A stretch of 64,000 nt of DNA, from assembly GCA_023382265.1 (NCBI GenBank), contig JAMCPX010000008.1:84274-148273 (forward strand), written 5' to 3'. Position 1 is the first letter of the stretch; the number at the start of each line of letters is the position of its first letter. Origin of the DNA: Deltaproteobacteria bacterium. GTDB lineage: Bacteria; JAMCPX01. Made by a program: the position numbers and the translations under genes. The notes under the pieces were generated by a model that saw nothing but the letters and a program-made list of their open reading frames with translations, was not told the DNA's origin and did not search any database. Shown one piece after another: positions 38,276 through 49,106 of this stretch.

Positions 38276-39073
38276 ATGTTTACCTTTCTACAAGCCTCTC
38301 CCAATGACGGGTCGTCTGCGGAACAGCACACAATACCTCCACAGGCCATTCATAAGTTCGCGGTCGTAATACCGGTCTATAATCATGAATCCAGGCTCAG
38401 GGCTGTCGTTGAAAGCGCCATGAGCCTCCGCCTGCCGGTCTATGTCATAGATGACGGCTCAACGGACGCAACTCCAGGCATCCTGAAATCCATCCCTGGT
38501 ATAACGGTCATCAGTCATTCTACAAATCTCGGGAAAGGCGCAGCCCTCATGACCGGTTTCACGGAAGCTGCAAGGACGGCGGATTTCGCTATCACGATAG
38601 ACGCAGATGGCCAGCATGACCCGGCAGACGCCGTTCATCTTATGGCCCCTTTGCAATCCGGTATCCATGCGATTGTTATCGGCAGGCGGGAAAACATGCT
38701 GAACGATACGAGAATAAAATGGACCAGCCGCTTTGGAAGAAAATTTTCGAACTTCTGGGTGCGTATGTCCGGAGGGCCCGTGCTGTCGGACACACAGAGC
38801 GGGTTCCGCATATATCCAATCCATGAAATACTGGGCATTAAGTCGGTGTCCAGACGGTTCCAATTTGAGGTGGAAATAGTTGTGCTTGCGCATTGGAAGA
38901 GCATACCGATCGTTGAGGTCCCGGTCAAAGTGCTGTATCCATCAAAACAAGACCGTATATCCCATTTCCGTCCCTTCGTTGATTTCTGGAGGAATGCAGG
39001 GACGTTTACCATGCTGATTGCCATGAGGATCCTTTTGCCGTTGAAGTTGAGGCGGAGGCTGATACAAAAATGA
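38276..39073 (+). CDS. GT2 glycosyltransferase
   Basis: VIPVYNH, IDDGSTD, NLGKGAAL, TIDADGQHD, DTQSGFRIYP and ISHFRPFVD. Confidence 0.9.
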   Translation: MFTFLQASPNDGSSAEQHTIPPQAIHKFAVVIPVYNHESRLRAVVESAMSLRLPVYVIDDGSTDATPGILKSIPGITVISHSTNLGKGAALMTGFTEAARTADFAITIDADGQHDPADAVHLMAPLQSGIHAIVIGRRENMLNDTRIKWTSRFGRKFSNFWVRMSGGPVLSDTQSGFRIYPIHEILGIKSVSRRFQFEVEIVVLAHWKSIPIVEVPVKVLYPSKQDRISHFRPFVDFWRNAGTFTMLIAMRILLPLKLRRRLIQK

Positions 39074-42000
39074 ACGGGCAATCATCCTTGATCAGATGGA
39101 AGGCCGTTGTCGTGGTCATACTTGCGTTTACAGTTTTATATATAGCCGGGGTGCACGGCCTCACGATAGAAACCGATATAACAGCAAGCCTGCCCAAAAA
39201 TGATCCGGTCATTGCGGATGCCCGGTACGTTATCACCCATTATCCTGTATTTGACCGTGTTTTCATCGACATTGGTGTGACCAAGCAACATACGGATGAC
39301 GGGCTTCTTATGACCGCTGCAACATATATGCAGCAGGGGCTGCGTGCAAGCGGACTATTTAAAGAGGTGGGATTAGGCACATCGGTCGATGCCATGCCGC
39401 TCCTCTTGTCACATATAGTCTCCAACCTCCCGTCGATGTTTTCCCTGAAGGAACTGGAGACCTCGGTCCTCCCGTTATTGGGCAGCGCTTCGCTCCGATC
39501 TCTCATGGATCGAAACATGGATATCCTGCAGGGGCTTGAGGGTATGGGCCAGTCCGGTTTGATCGCCCGAGATCCCCTGGGACTCAGGAACATTGTACTG
39601 GCACGTATGGCATCACTCCTGCCTGTTCACGGTGCCACCATTAACAATAACTTTATTATGAGCAGGGACAGAAGGCACATCCTTATCATCGCAGAGCCAA
39701 AACAATCCTCGACAGATACTAACTTTGCATTGAAAATAAATGCACTTATAAACAAGCTGATCGCCGAAATAGATCAAAAAGCCGGAGGAGCACAACAACA
39801 AATCTCAATCACACCGATCGGCTCATACCGTGCGGCTATCGACAATGAAACCATTGCCAGAAGGGATACGATGCGTGCACTGCTCCTCTCTACGATTGGG
39901 ATCGCACTGCTTCTTTTGATCAGTTTCCCCAGATGGTATATAGGACTTATGGCACTTGTCCCGGCCCTGGCCGGGACAAGTGCGGCACTCTTTGTTATGT
40001 CGCTCCTCAGGCATAATTTATCCATTCTTGCCATCGGCTTCGGCGGGGCCATTATCTCTATCAATGTTGATTACGGTATTGCATATCTTCTGTTTCTCGA
40101 TCAGGCGCAAACAACCTCCGGAACCTACGCATCAAGGCAGTCGTTCTGGGTTGGGCTTGGAGCGTCTCTAACCACAGTGGGCTCGTTTCTTGCATTGAGT
40201 TTCAGCGGGTTTCCAATCCTTGCCGAGATAGGCTGGTTTACCGCCATGGGCACACTCTTTTCTTTTGCATTTGTCCATACGATATTCCCGCTGGTTTTCC
40301 GCAGGGTATCCCCTGCCAGGCACCGCGGCATTATGCCCATGGAAAAGATCACGAGCCGCCTGGTACTATCGAGTGGATGGACCGCGTTTATTGTGGCAGG
40401 TATCTTCGGACTGGTTATGGCATTTTTTGCCAGGCCCGCGGTAAAAGCCGATGTGGAGGCCATGAACACGGAGAGTGCGGCTACGCATATTGCGGAAAGT
40501 AATGTAAAGAAAACATGGGGAGACATACTATCGGACACCACGTACATCCTTATCCAGGGAAGTTCTGTTAAATCGCTGCAGGACCGTGCAGACAGGCTTG
40601 ATACCTTTATCAGGGCTCGTATGGCATCCGGTGTTGTCCGCTCCGGGTTTTCGCCATTGTCTATTTTTCCCGGTGAGGCCCTGGCTCGGAAGAACGAGGC
40701 CGCGTGGAAAGCCTTCTGGACAACACAGCGGGTTCAATCCCTGCGCGGTAAAATCGCACATGTTTCAAAGCTTGTCGGTTTTTCCCATAATGCCTTTGAG
40801 CCGTTTTTTGAGAAACTCATGGTCCGCAGAGCTTATGATACAGCTATTCCCCGGCAACTTTACGGGATGCTCGGCATATCAAGGGGCTGGGACAACAATA
40901 CATGGATGATGATAAGTGCCGTGCGGCCTGGACCGTACTATAATCCGGAGATATTCTATAAGAATCTTTCCGGAGCAGGCATAGGTAAAATGCTTGATGC
41001 CCATTGGTTCACCGTACGGTTATCAAATCTGCTTTTCACTATGTTCGTTAGAATGGGCATACTGTGCGGAGTAGGTCTTGTCGTGGTTCTGGTGTTTTAT
41101 TTTATGGATTTTATACTGGTAATACTTGCATTGGTCCCGGTTGCATTTGCCCTGGTGAGTACCTTCGCGACATACCATTTTCTGCATCGACCCCTGGACA
41201 TTCCGAGTCTGTTGCTGGTTGTGGTCGTGTTCGGTATGGGAAGCGATTATTCCATCTATTTCATCGGGGCATATCAGCGTTATTTTGATGAACACGACCC
41301 TGCCATGAGTCCCATACGTACCGCGGTCTTCCTCAATGCAGGTTCCACCATTACCGGCCTCGGCGTTCTGGCATTTGCAGGACAGGCCATGCTGAAGAGT
41401 GCTGGACTGAGCATGGTGCTCGGGCTTGGCTATGCCCTTATCGGAACAGTTACACTTCTGCCGCCGATACTGAGGGTTCTTTACGCACCAAGGAAAAAAG
41501 GAATTATGCCGGCGGTTGCAGCGGGCTCTCCTGAACATAGAGCAAGGGTATTGTCCTCGTATAGATACATGGAGACATACGTCAGGATGTTTGCCAGGTT
41601 CAAGATCAAGTTTGACCCGATGTTTTCACAGCTCGCGGATTTTGTCGGGCCCAAGGATAAGGTTATGGATCTCGGATGCGGGTACGGCGTTCCTTCTGCG
41701 TGGCTGATGCATCTTTACCCTTCCGTGTATTTGTTCGGTGTGGATCCGAATCAAGACCGTGTGCGGGTCGCGCGGAGAGCATTGGGTGATCGCGGGACCG
41801 CTGTCCATGGCGAGGCGCCTGATTTCCCGAAGCCTCCGCATGCATGCGATGCAGTCCTCATGCTCGACATAATCCATTATCTTTCCGATGAGGAATTTGC
41901 GCAAACACTTGCATCCTCGTCTTCCTGTCTTAAGCCCGGGGGATCCGTGGTGATCAGGGCGACAGTCCCTTCATCAAAACATGTGCCGTGGGAACGGTGG

Positions 42001-42180
42001 CTGGAGCAGAGCAGGCTCACACTCAGGGGGCAAAAATATTATTTCAGGACCAGCGAAAGTATCGTTCAGATTATCTCAAAGGCCGGTTTCACCCTGACAT
42101 ATTCCGGCGATTCTGCGAAGGGAAGAGAGGAGACCTGGTTCGTCTGCATGACAGTGGAGCACAGCCAAGAGCCGCTATGA
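39070..42180 (+). CDS. MMPL/RND-type exporter fused to a C-terminal class I methyltransferase
   Basis: Two TM bundles with VDYGI and GSDYSI motifs; RDPLG; C-terminal FARFKIKFDPMF...MDLGCGYG...LKPGG. Confidence 0.85.
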   Translation: MNGQSSLIRWKAVVVVILAFTVLYIAGVHGLTIETDITASLPKNDPVIADARYVITHYPVFDRVFIDIGVTKQHTDDGLLMTAATYMQQGLRASGLFKEVGLGTSVDAMPLLLSHIVSNLPSMFSLKELETSVLPLLGSASLRSLMDRNMDILQGLEGMGQSGLIARDPLGLRNIVLARMASLLPVHGATINNNFIMSRDRRHILIIAEPKQSSTDTNFALKINALINKLIAEIDQKAGGAQQQISITPIGSYRAAIDNETIARRDTMRALLLSTIGIALLLLISFPRWYIGLMALVPALAGTSAALFVMSLLRHNLSILAIGFGGAIISINVDYGIAYLLFLDQAQTTSGTYASRQSFWVGLGASLTTVGSFLALSFSGFPILAEIGWFTAMGTLFSFAFVHTIFPLVFRRVSPARHRGIMPMEKITSRLVLSSGWTAFIVAGIFGLVMAFFARPAVKADVEAMNTESAATHIAESNVKKTWGDILSDTTYILIQGSSVKSLQDRADRLDTFIRARMASGVVRSGFSPLSIFPGEALARKNEAAWKAFWTTQRVQSLRGKIAHVSKLVGFSHNAFEPFFEKLMVRRAYDTAIPRQLYGMLGISRGWDNNTWMMISAVRPGPYYNPEIFYKNLSGAGIGKMLDAHWFTVRLSNLLFTMFVRMGILCGVGLVVVLVFYFMDFILVILALVPVAFALVSTFATYHFLHRPLDIPSLLLVVVVFGMGSDYSIYFIGAYQRYFDEHDPAMSPIRTAVFLNAGSTITGLGVLAFAGQAMLKSAGLSMVLGLGYALIGTVTLLPPILRVLYAPRKKGIMPAVAAGSPEHRARVLSSYRYMETYVRMFARFKIKFDPMFSQLADFVGPKDKVMDLGCGYGVPSAWLMHLYPSVYLFGVDPNQDRVRVARRALGDRGTAVHGEAPDFPKPPHACDAVLMLDIIHYLSDEEFAQTLASSSSCLKPGGSVVIRATVPSSKHVPWERWLEQSRLTLRGQKYYFRTSESIVQIISKAGFTLTYSGDSAKGREETWFVCMTVEHSQEPL

Positions 42181-43073
42181 AAGGTCTGTTCTACAGGTGC
42201 ATATCTTTCCTGTCCCGTATCTTCGGGCTCTGGATCGTCTCAGCATCCGCATGGATAATTGTTACCGCCTACTTTATTCTTATGCCAGGAAGGACAGCCA
42301 ACAGTGTCAGATTCTACCGTGCATTATATCCCGGGAGAAATGTCTTTTACCACGTATGGTGCGCATGGAGGCAGTATCACCATTTCTCAACGGTTTTTGT
42401 AGACAGGCTTATATTCGAGAAAGAGGAAGGGCTGAACTGGGTCGGTGAGGGATTGGACCATCTTTCCTCAGCAGCAAAAAGAGGTGAATACGGCATACTG
42501 CTCACGTCGCATTTTGGAAATTGGGAGGCAGCGGCACGCGGGCTCCAGACACTGGACTTTAAGATCCTTTTGTATATGGGGTCGCGGCAATATGAACAGA
42601 TCGAGGCACAGATCAAAAAAGACCTCGCAGACCACGGGATCACCATCATAGCTGTACCCAAAGACGCCGGTACACAATTTGAAGGACTCGCAGGCCTGCG
42701 TTTCCTGAGGAACGACGGGTTTGTTGCCATGGCCGGAGACCTTTTATGGAATAATGAGGAAAAATCCATCAAGGTTAAATTTCTCGGCCATGATGTTTTC
42801 CTGCCGCAGGCACCGTATGTCTTTGCCCTTGTCCTTGAAGCACCTATCTTCGTGTTTTTTGTCATGCGGACCGGGAGGGCGAAGTACAGGATCGTTGCCC
42901 ATCCGCCGATCTATGTAAAAGCTGGATCTCGGGAGCATCGCGAAGCAGCAATACAGAATGCGGCACAACAGTACGTATCGTTACTGGAACAGACCGTACG
43001 GCAGTACCCTGATCATTGGTACCACTTTACACCTATGTGGATTGATGGTACGGATAGTCAAAACATAGGTTAG
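42177..43073 (+). CDS. LpxL/lysophospholipid acyltransferase family protein
   Basis: LLTSHFGNWE, VAMAGD and YPDHWYHF; ATGA overlap with the MMPL gene. Confidence 0.85.
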   Translation: MKGLFYRCISFLSRIFGLWIVSASAWIIVTAYFILMPGRTANSVRFYRALYPGRNVFYHVWCAWRQYHHFSTVFVDRLIFEKEEGLNWVGEGLDHLSSAAKRGEYGILLTSHFGNWEAAARGLQTLDFKILLYMGSRQYEQIEAQIKKDLADHGITIIAVPKDAGTQFEGLAGLRFLRNDGFVAMAGDLLWNNEEKSIKVKFLGHDVFLPQAPYVFALVLEAPIFVFFVMRTGRAKYRIVAHPPIYVKAGSREHREAAIQNAAQQYVSLLEQTVRQYPDHWYHFTPMWIDGTDSQNIG

Positions 43074-43411
43074 AAAACCGTTCTTCCCGGCTTTAGTAGT
43101 TCGTCTGTAACGATTATTCCGGAACCGTCTACCCTGACTATAAAGAATGTATCTAAAACGACTATTTTTACATTTACCATTTAGCGTATGTTCTTTTGGA
43201 AGATTTGAAATATGATCTTGATCATCAAGATAACCTTCTCGTCCTGCAGAAACAAGCCCATGATCGTATTGATCAATGCATTGCCTTTTGTGGTTATGGA
43301 ATCTCAATTCTTCATCCGTCAGTCCCACTCGATTTCACTCTTCCGTTAAACGGTTCCTACTGGACTTTTGCAGATGATAGTGCTATCATTACAATTCAAG
43401 GAGGTATTTGT

Positions 43412-43933
43412 ATGAAATTAACGCCGCTTGATATACAGCAGCAGAGGTATAGGAAAACGTTTAGGGGCTATGATGTTAGAGAGGTTGATGCCTTCATGGA
43501 GCTTGTAAAGAATGAGATGGAAGAAGTCGTTACGGAAAACAATGACTTAACACAGAAGCTTAAAGAGAAAACGGACAGCCTGCAGGAGTACAAAGAGCGA
43601 GAGCAGACAATAAAAGAAACAATGCTTACCGCCCAGCAGCTTAAAAATGATATAAGTGCTAACGCACATAAAGAGGCCGAGATCATAATAGCAGAGGCAA
43701 AGATAAAGGCAGAAGAACTAATCAATAATGCACAGAACAGATATATGGAGATCATAAACGAATTAAAAGAGCTACGAAGGCAAAAAATTCAACTTGAAGC
43801 AAGTCTGAGGGCGATACTTGAAACGCATTTAAAGATGCTTGAGACCGAGGTCATAAAAGAGGAGCACGTCATAGATGAAAAAATTTCAATAATAGCAGGC
43901 AAATCCAAGATATCAAATGGCAAGCAGTCATAA
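43412..43933 (+). CDS. DivIVA domain protein
   Basis: MKLTPLDIQQQRY...RGYDVREVDAF followed by coiled coil; GGAGG SD. Confidence 0.9.
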   Translation: MKLTPLDIQQQRYRKTFRGYDVREVDAFMELVKNEMEEVVTENNDLTQKLKEKTDSLQEYKEREQTIKETMLTAQQLKNDISANAHKEAEIIIAEAKIKAEELINNAQNRYMEIINELKELRRQKIQLEASLRAILETHLKMLETEVIKEEHVIDEKISIIAGKSKISNGKQS

Positions 43934-44150
43934 AATATTGTGTGTGACTGTCAAACCATTATCTTCTAAAAGTGAGCTCATTCAAAAGGATAGAGAGCTA
44001 AAAGCATATCTTAAATCACCGCCTATTGACGGTAAGGCTAATGAAGAATTAATTTATCTGGTAAGTAAACAATTTAATGTAAAAAAAACGGATGTTAAAA
44101 TTATAAGTGGGAAGACATCAAAGAAAAAACTCATACGCATTTTAACATAA
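43917..44150 (+). CDS. DUF167 (YggU) family protein
   Basis: VKP.S, PPIDGKANEEL and IISGKTSKKK. Confidence 0.88.
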   Translation: MASSHKILCVTVKPLSSKSELIQKDRELKAYLKSPPIDGKANEELIYLVSKQFNVKKTDVKIISGKTSKKKLIRILT

Positions 44151-44165
44151 AAGGAGCTTTTAAAA

Positions 44166-44420
44166 ATGCCTATTTATGAATACAAATGTTTAAGGTGTGG
44201 TAAAACATTTGAAATAACGCAAAAGATCACTGCAAAACCAATTACAAAATGTCCGGAATGTGGCGGAGATGTGAAAAAGCTTATATCAAACTCCAGCTCT
44301 TTTATCTTAAAAGGTAGCGGATGGTATGCAACCGATTACGCGCGTAGAGATAATAAAGAGCCAAAGAAACCAATTGAAACTAAATCAAAGCCGGAGACCA
44401 AAAAGGCGAATACAGCCTGA
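44166..44420 (+). CDS. FmdB family zinc-ribbon protein
   Basis: [16 protein letters not shown] and [11 protein letters not shown]. Confidence 0.9.
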   Translation: MPIYEYKCLRCGKTFEITQKITAKPITKCPECGGDVKKLISNSSSFILKGSGWYATDYARRDNKEPKKPIETKSKPETKKANTA

Positions 44421-44442
44421 CATCTAAAAAAATATAAATTTC

Positions 44443-45336
44443 GTGGTTATTCTCTTTACCATATTGTTTGTTTTTTTATTTCCTTCAAATGCCTTCTGCT
44501 GGGGACCCATTACTCATATTGATTTTGCAGTGGAGGTTTTAAATCTTTCACAATATGTTGCGCCGAGAATTGCAGAACTTATAATGACATTTCCCTATGA
44601 TTATCTTTACGGCAACATAGGGGCGGACATTGTTATAGGTAAAAATTTTACGGAGTATGAGTATCACTGTCATAACTGGCTTATAGGTTTTCAGGTACTG
44701 AAATCAGCCCGGAGTAATCATCAAAAGGCATTTGCTTATGGATATATAAGTCACCTTGCAGCAGATGTAATAGCGCATAACTATTTTGTCCCGAATAAGA
44801 TCATTACGAGCTACAGGAAAAAGCTTTTACCTCATCCCTACTGGGAAATCAGGTTTGAAAAAATGATAGACGAATCCTCTGCAAACATTATTGGTAAAAC
44901 ATTTAAGCAAAGGCATGTAGATGATAACGACCTGCTAAAGGCAACACTTGAAAAAACGCTATTCTCATTTTCTACAAATAAAAGGCTGTTCAATGGATTG
45001 ATGTTTATGACAAGAAAAAAGTTTTTACGAGGGATATTCCATAGTCTAACATCAGACAAAAAATGGGGCTTCACAAAAGAGGAATTCCGGGAGTATAAGC
45101 TTTATTCTTTGGATGCCGTTTTTGATGTACTTATAAACATAGATAAATCTATCTACACAAGATTTGATCCAACAGGCAATGAGTTAATAAATGCGAGTAT
45201 TGGTATTCGCAAGCAATTAAACCGTTTGCATAAAAGAGGTATGCTTACAGATCCTCTAAAACAGGAATTAACAAAGACGATCATTCCGCACCTCCAGCCT
45301 GGTATATATTCCCTCCATGAAGCACATATAAAATAA
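44443..45336 (+). CDS. Zinc-dependent phospholipase C family protein
   Basis: WGPITH, GADI, HCHNW and GYISHLAADVIAHNYFVP. Confidence 0.8.
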   Translation: MVILFTILFVFLFPSNAFCWGPITHIDFAVEVLNLSQYVAPRIAELIMTFPYDYLYGNIGADIVIGKNFTEYEYHCHNWLIGFQVLKSARSNHQKAFAYGYISHLAADVIAHNYFVPNKIITSYRKKLLPHPYWEIRFEKMIDESSANIIGKTFKQRHVDDNDLLKATLEKTLFSFSTNKRLFNGLMFMTRKKFLRGIFHSLTSDKKWGFTKEEFREYKLYSLDAVFDVLINIDKSIYTRFDPTGNELINASIGIRKQLNRLHKRGMLTDPLKQELTKTIIPHLQPGIYSLHEAHIK

Positions 45337-45505
45337 TGCCCCTTATCTTTACCGGAGATGTAATGTAAAAAATGCCGATCCTGCTTCGTGCACATTTGTT
45401 GCTGCTCTCGGTATTCGGCATGAAATGCCCCCTTTTTTTATGTTGCTTAGACAGATGCGTATTTCAATGTTGTCCGAACAGCACAAGATATGTTATACGC
45501 GGTAT

Positions 45506-46396
45506 ATGAGAATCTTTATCCAGCAGATTGTTAACGGCATTACAACAGGGAGCGTTTACGCGCTGATAGCTCTTGGTTATACGATGGTTTATGGGATCAT
45601 AGAGCTCATAAATTTTGCCCATGGAGAAATATATATGATCGGCGCTTATGGCGGGCTGATAGCTTTAACAATACTCGGGGCTACGCATTCTTCAGGTGCA
45701 GGCATTATCGTTGTTTCTATTGCTTCCGGAATGCTCTTATCAATAGGATACGGATTGACTGTAGAAAAATTTGCTTACAAACCTTTGCGTGATGCCTCAA
45801 GGCTTTCATTACTTATTACCGCACTTGGTGCTTCCATATTTCTGCAGAACTTTGTTATGATAGGGCAGGGTTCTTCGGATAAGAGGTATCCGGTAATTAA
45901 CATTCTTAATCCCGTATTTTCGGTACACGGCATTTCTATCAGTACAATGCAGATCATAATATTTGCTGTAGCAATTACTGTTATGATTGGTCTTGATCTC
46001 TTTATAAATAAGACAATGACAGGTTGGGCAATGAAAGCAGCTTCACAGGATCTAACGACCGCGCAGCTTGTTGGTATAAATACCGATAACATCATTTCCT
46101 TAACGTTTATTATAGGCTCAGGACTTGCAGGGGTGGGTGGTGTACTGATAGGTTTTTACTATGATATTGTGAATTTTTATATAGGCTATCTTATGGGTAT
46201 GAAGGCTTTTACTGCTGCCGTGCTTGGTGGAATAGGTGATGTCCGAGGTGCGATGGTTGGAGGTATATTGCTCGGCTTGCTTGAGAGTCTTGGTGCTTCC
46301 TATGTCTCACCTAATTATAAAGACGCCTTTGCATTTATCGTGTTGATCATTATTTTACTTATAAAGCCTTCGGGTCTGTTCGGCAGGACAAGATGA
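45506..46396 (+). CDS. livH: Branched-chain amino acid ABC transporter permease LivH
   Basis: GSVYALIALGYTMVYGIIELINFAHGE and KAFTAAVLGGIG. Confidence 0.92.
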   Translation: MRIFIQQIVNGITTGSVYALIALGYTMVYGIIELINFAHGEIYMIGAYGGLIALTILGATHSSGAGIIVVSIASGMLLSIGYGLTVEKFAYKPLRDASRLSLLITALGASIFLQNFVMIGQGSSDKRYPVINILNPVFSVHGISISTMQIIIFAVAITVMIGLDLFINKTMTGWAMKAASQDLTTAQLVGINTDNIISLTFIIGSGLAGVGGVLIGFYYDIVNFYIGYLMGMKAFTAAVLGGIGDVRGAMVGGILLGLLESLGASYVSPNYKDAFAFIVLIIILLIKPSGLFGRTR

Positions 46397-47514
46397 GATT
46401 TTTTACAGAATTGCTAAAATCTTATGTAATCCCTGTTGTGTGGACTTTTGTTATTGCTATACCAATAATGGGTATACAAAGGGCAATCTTTGCCGGAGTC
46501 TTTATAATGATAGGTTTGCTCATATACAATTTCTTTAAAAAGAAAAGCCGTAACAACACGGATGCAGAAACGTTTTCGCAGATAAAAAAGAAACTTTCAG
46601 GCATTATAACTTACGGATATCCCGGCATATTGGCAGCAGTAATAATAATTCCGCTATTTTTAAATAGCTATGATATGGATATACTTACATCAGCATTATT
46701 ATACTCAATGCTTGCACTTGGATTGAATTTGCTTGTTGGGGATATGGGCTTATTAAATCTCGGATATATAGCATTCTATGGTATAGGTGCTTATACTTAC
46801 GCGATTCTCGCAACAAAGCTTGGTGTTGGTTTCTGGATCAGTATATGGGTAGGCGGCATAGCGTCTGCACTAATAGGCTTGATCATAGCTATTCCTACAC
46901 TCAGGTTAAAGGGTGATTATTTTGCAATTGTCACACTCGGTTTTGGAGAGATCATCAGGATAATTCTTAACAACTGGAATAGTCTTACGAACGGTCCAAA
47001 CGGTATAATGAATATTCCAAGACCTCTTTTGTTTAATTTATCATTTGATTCAGGATTAAACTTTTATTATCTGGTTCTTTGTTTCTTATTATTACAGGTT
47101 TATTTACTTTACAGAATAAAAAAATCAAGGTTCGGCAGATATTCTGTTGCTATTAGAGAGAATGAATCTGCATCAGAAATGATTGGATTAAATGCTTACA
47201 GTATTAAATTAATATTTTTTATGGTTAGTGCATTTTTTGGCGGGATTGCGGGAGTTTTGTTTGCTTCAAAGCTGAGATTTATATCTCCCGATAGCTTTAC
47301 ATTTATAGAATCGATTTATGTTCTTGCAATGGTTATACTGGGGGGCATGGGCAATATCCCTGGCGTTATAGTTGGGGCTTTTGCCCTTGTTGTTATCCCT
47401 GAATTATTGAGGAGCTTTGTCGTATACAGAATGCTCATTTTCGCACTGCTGCTTATAACAATAATGCTTTTCAGGCCGGAGGGGTTATTGGGTAAAAAGG
47501 GTTATGGGAGATAG
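46393..47514 (+). CDS. livM: Branched-chain amino acid ABC transporter permease LivM
   Basis: LGLNL.VG..G, LRLKGDYFAIVTLGFGEI and RPEG. Confidence 0.92.
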   Translation: MRFFTELLKSYVIPVVWTFVIAIPIMGIQRAIFAGVFIMIGLLIYNFFKKKSRNNTDAETFSQIKKKLSGIITYGYPGILAAVIIIPLFLNSYDMDILTSALLYSMLALGLNLLVGDMGLLNLGYIAFYGIGAYTYAILATKLGVGFWISIWVGGIASALIGLIIAIPTLRLKGDYFAIVTLGFGEIIRIILNNWNSLTNGPNGIMNIPRPLLFNLSFDSGLNFYYLVLCFLLLQVYLLYRIKKSRFGRYSVAIRENESASEMIGLNAYSIKLIFFMVSAFFGGIAGVLFASKLRFISPDSFTFIESIYVLAMVILGGMGNIPGVIVGAFALVVIPELLRSFVVYRMLIFALLLITIMLFRPEGLLGKKGYGR

Positions 47515-48277
47515 AACCGTATTGAAAGTTGATGATGTAAGCCTGATGTTTGGAGGTTTAAAGGCTCTTGATCGTATAAGTTTAGAAATGGAGAAGGGAG
47601 AGGTGCTGTGTATAATAGGACCCAATGGAGCCGGGAAGACAACGTTGTTTAATTGTATAACAGGCTTCTTAAAGCCTTCGGCGGGCAGGATTATATACGA
47701 TAACAGTATAGAGTTAACAGGTAAAAAACCCCATACAATAGCTTCTTACGGCCTATACAGGAGCTTTCAAAATCTTGCACTGTTCACACACCTTACGGTA
47801 CTTGAGAATATCCTTATAGGGGGATTAAAGAGAAAGGACGTGTCTTATAATATTATTGACGCATTGTTTTATACCTCAAAGTTTAAAAACGGAGAATATT
47901 CATTAAAAAAAGAGAGCGTACAAATTTTAGAGTTTCTGGGTCTGGCAGATAAAAAGGATACCTATACAAGTGAGCTGCCTTATGGAAAAAGGAAACTGCT
48001 CGAACTTGCAAAGGGGCTTATAACAAAACCGAAATTGCTTCTGCTGGATGAGCCTGCTGCAGGGCTGAATACAACCGAAAAGGTTGAGCTGGTAAATGCA
48101 ATAAAAAAGGTTGTAGCGCAAAAGATAGATGTAGTTATTATAGAGCACGATATGCGTTTTGTGTCTGATATCGCAAACTGGATTGTTGTTCTTGACTACG
48201 GTAAAAAGATTGCAGAGGGTTTACCTGAAGATGTAAAAAAGGATAGAGCAGTTATAGAGGCGTACATAGGTTCATAA
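47504..48277 (+). CDS. livG: Branched-chain amino acid ABC transporter ATP-binding protein LivG
   Basis: FGGLKAL, GPNGAGKTT, LPYG, LLLDEPAAG, IEHDM and VIEAYIG. Confidence 0.9.
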   Translation: MGDRTVLKVDDVSLMFGGLKALDRISLEMEKGEVLCIIGPNGAGKTTLFNCITGFLKPSAGRIIYDNSIELTGKKPHTIASYGLYRSFQNLALFTHLTVLENILIGGLKRKDVSYNIIDALFYTSKFKNGEYSLKKESVQILEFLGLADKKDTYTSELPYGKRKLLELAKGLITKPKLLLLDEPAAGLNTTEKVELVNAIKKVVAQKIDVVIIEHDMRFVSDIANWIVVLDYGKKIAEGLPEDVKKDRAVIEAYIGS

Positions 48278-48438
48278 TGAAGATGGTTTGAACAGTGTGT
48301 ATAATGTTAGCATAAGCCGGTTTAAAACCCGTTCCTGTTTCTCAACCCTGTATTCAATCTGCATATACATGAAATTGTACTTGACTTTCAGATTTATCCA
48401 CTTACATTTCTCATTTTATTCATCAGAAGTGGTGTAAT

Positions 48439-48760
48439 ATGAAGCGGGTTTTTAAATGTATTATAACTATCTTACTTATTCTTCTTAAGTTTTTTCAACG
48501 CTGTAGCAGTTGTTAAAACAGCAGCATACAAAGTAACTTTGTGGGCACCTCCACCCGATTCTCTTTCGGGTTTGCAGGGGTATTGCAGCAATTGTCTTTA
48601 TTGTACATGGGATTCTATATGCGCGAATAACAATTGGAGAGCACTTCTTACTGAAGGGGGATGCTCTTTTGATTGTAATTTTAATCTTTTAAGTTGTGCT
48701 ATGTATGCTGATTATCATGGATGTCCTTCGACGTATTGTACGGGTGGTTACCCTTCTTAG
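48439..48760 (+). pseudogene. Disrupted small Cys-rich secreted protein
   Basis: Signal-like MKRVFKCIITILLILL ends in a stop; the downstream frame WAPPPDSL...YCTGGYPS has 9 Cys in about 60 aa. Confidence 0.4.
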
Positions 48761-48766
48761 GCATTA

Positions 48767-49084
48767 CCTCCTTTTACCGGAAAAGAGTTTATAGAAACGG
48801 TGGCAAAAGAATTCGGGACAAGTCCGGGTTACCGGGTCCTTTCAAGGTGGATGGTAAGGATGGCGGGGCTGTTTCAAACGACCATGGCAGAGCTGTATGA
48901 GATGCACTATCAGAACGAGTTCGATTATCTTTTCGATTCTTCAAAATTCCAGAACGCATTCGGGGTTCAGCCCGTGTCTTACCTGCAGGGGATCAAAGAG
49001 ACCATACAGTATTATCAGCAGAAAAAGAGGGACAGTTGTCCCTCTTCTATTATTATCTCCCTCCTGTCCATAGAGAAAGAATAA
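48767..49084 (+). pseudogene. C-terminal fragment of an NAD-dependent epimerase/dehydratase
   Basis: TGKEFIE...ELYEMHYQNEFDYLFDSSKF..AFG.QPVSY.QGI; the Rossmann N-terminus is absent. Confidence 0.65.
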
Positions 49085-49106
49085 AAAAGGCGGGCTTGCG
49101 CCCGCC
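49083..49106 (-). terminator. Rho-independent terminator (minus strand)
   Basis: GGCGGGC-GCAA-GCCCGCC followed by a T run on the minus strand. Confidence 0.75.

Noticed and set aside
38459..42968. Numerous antisense and alternate-frame ORFs of 60-170 aa
   Set aside because: Shadow ORFs of GC-richer real genes, with no motifs or SDs.
43200..43350. Possible minus-strand 3' remnant of a HemN-like radical SAM gene (ITTKGNALINTIMGLFL)
   Set aside because: Too short and frameshifted to support without a search.
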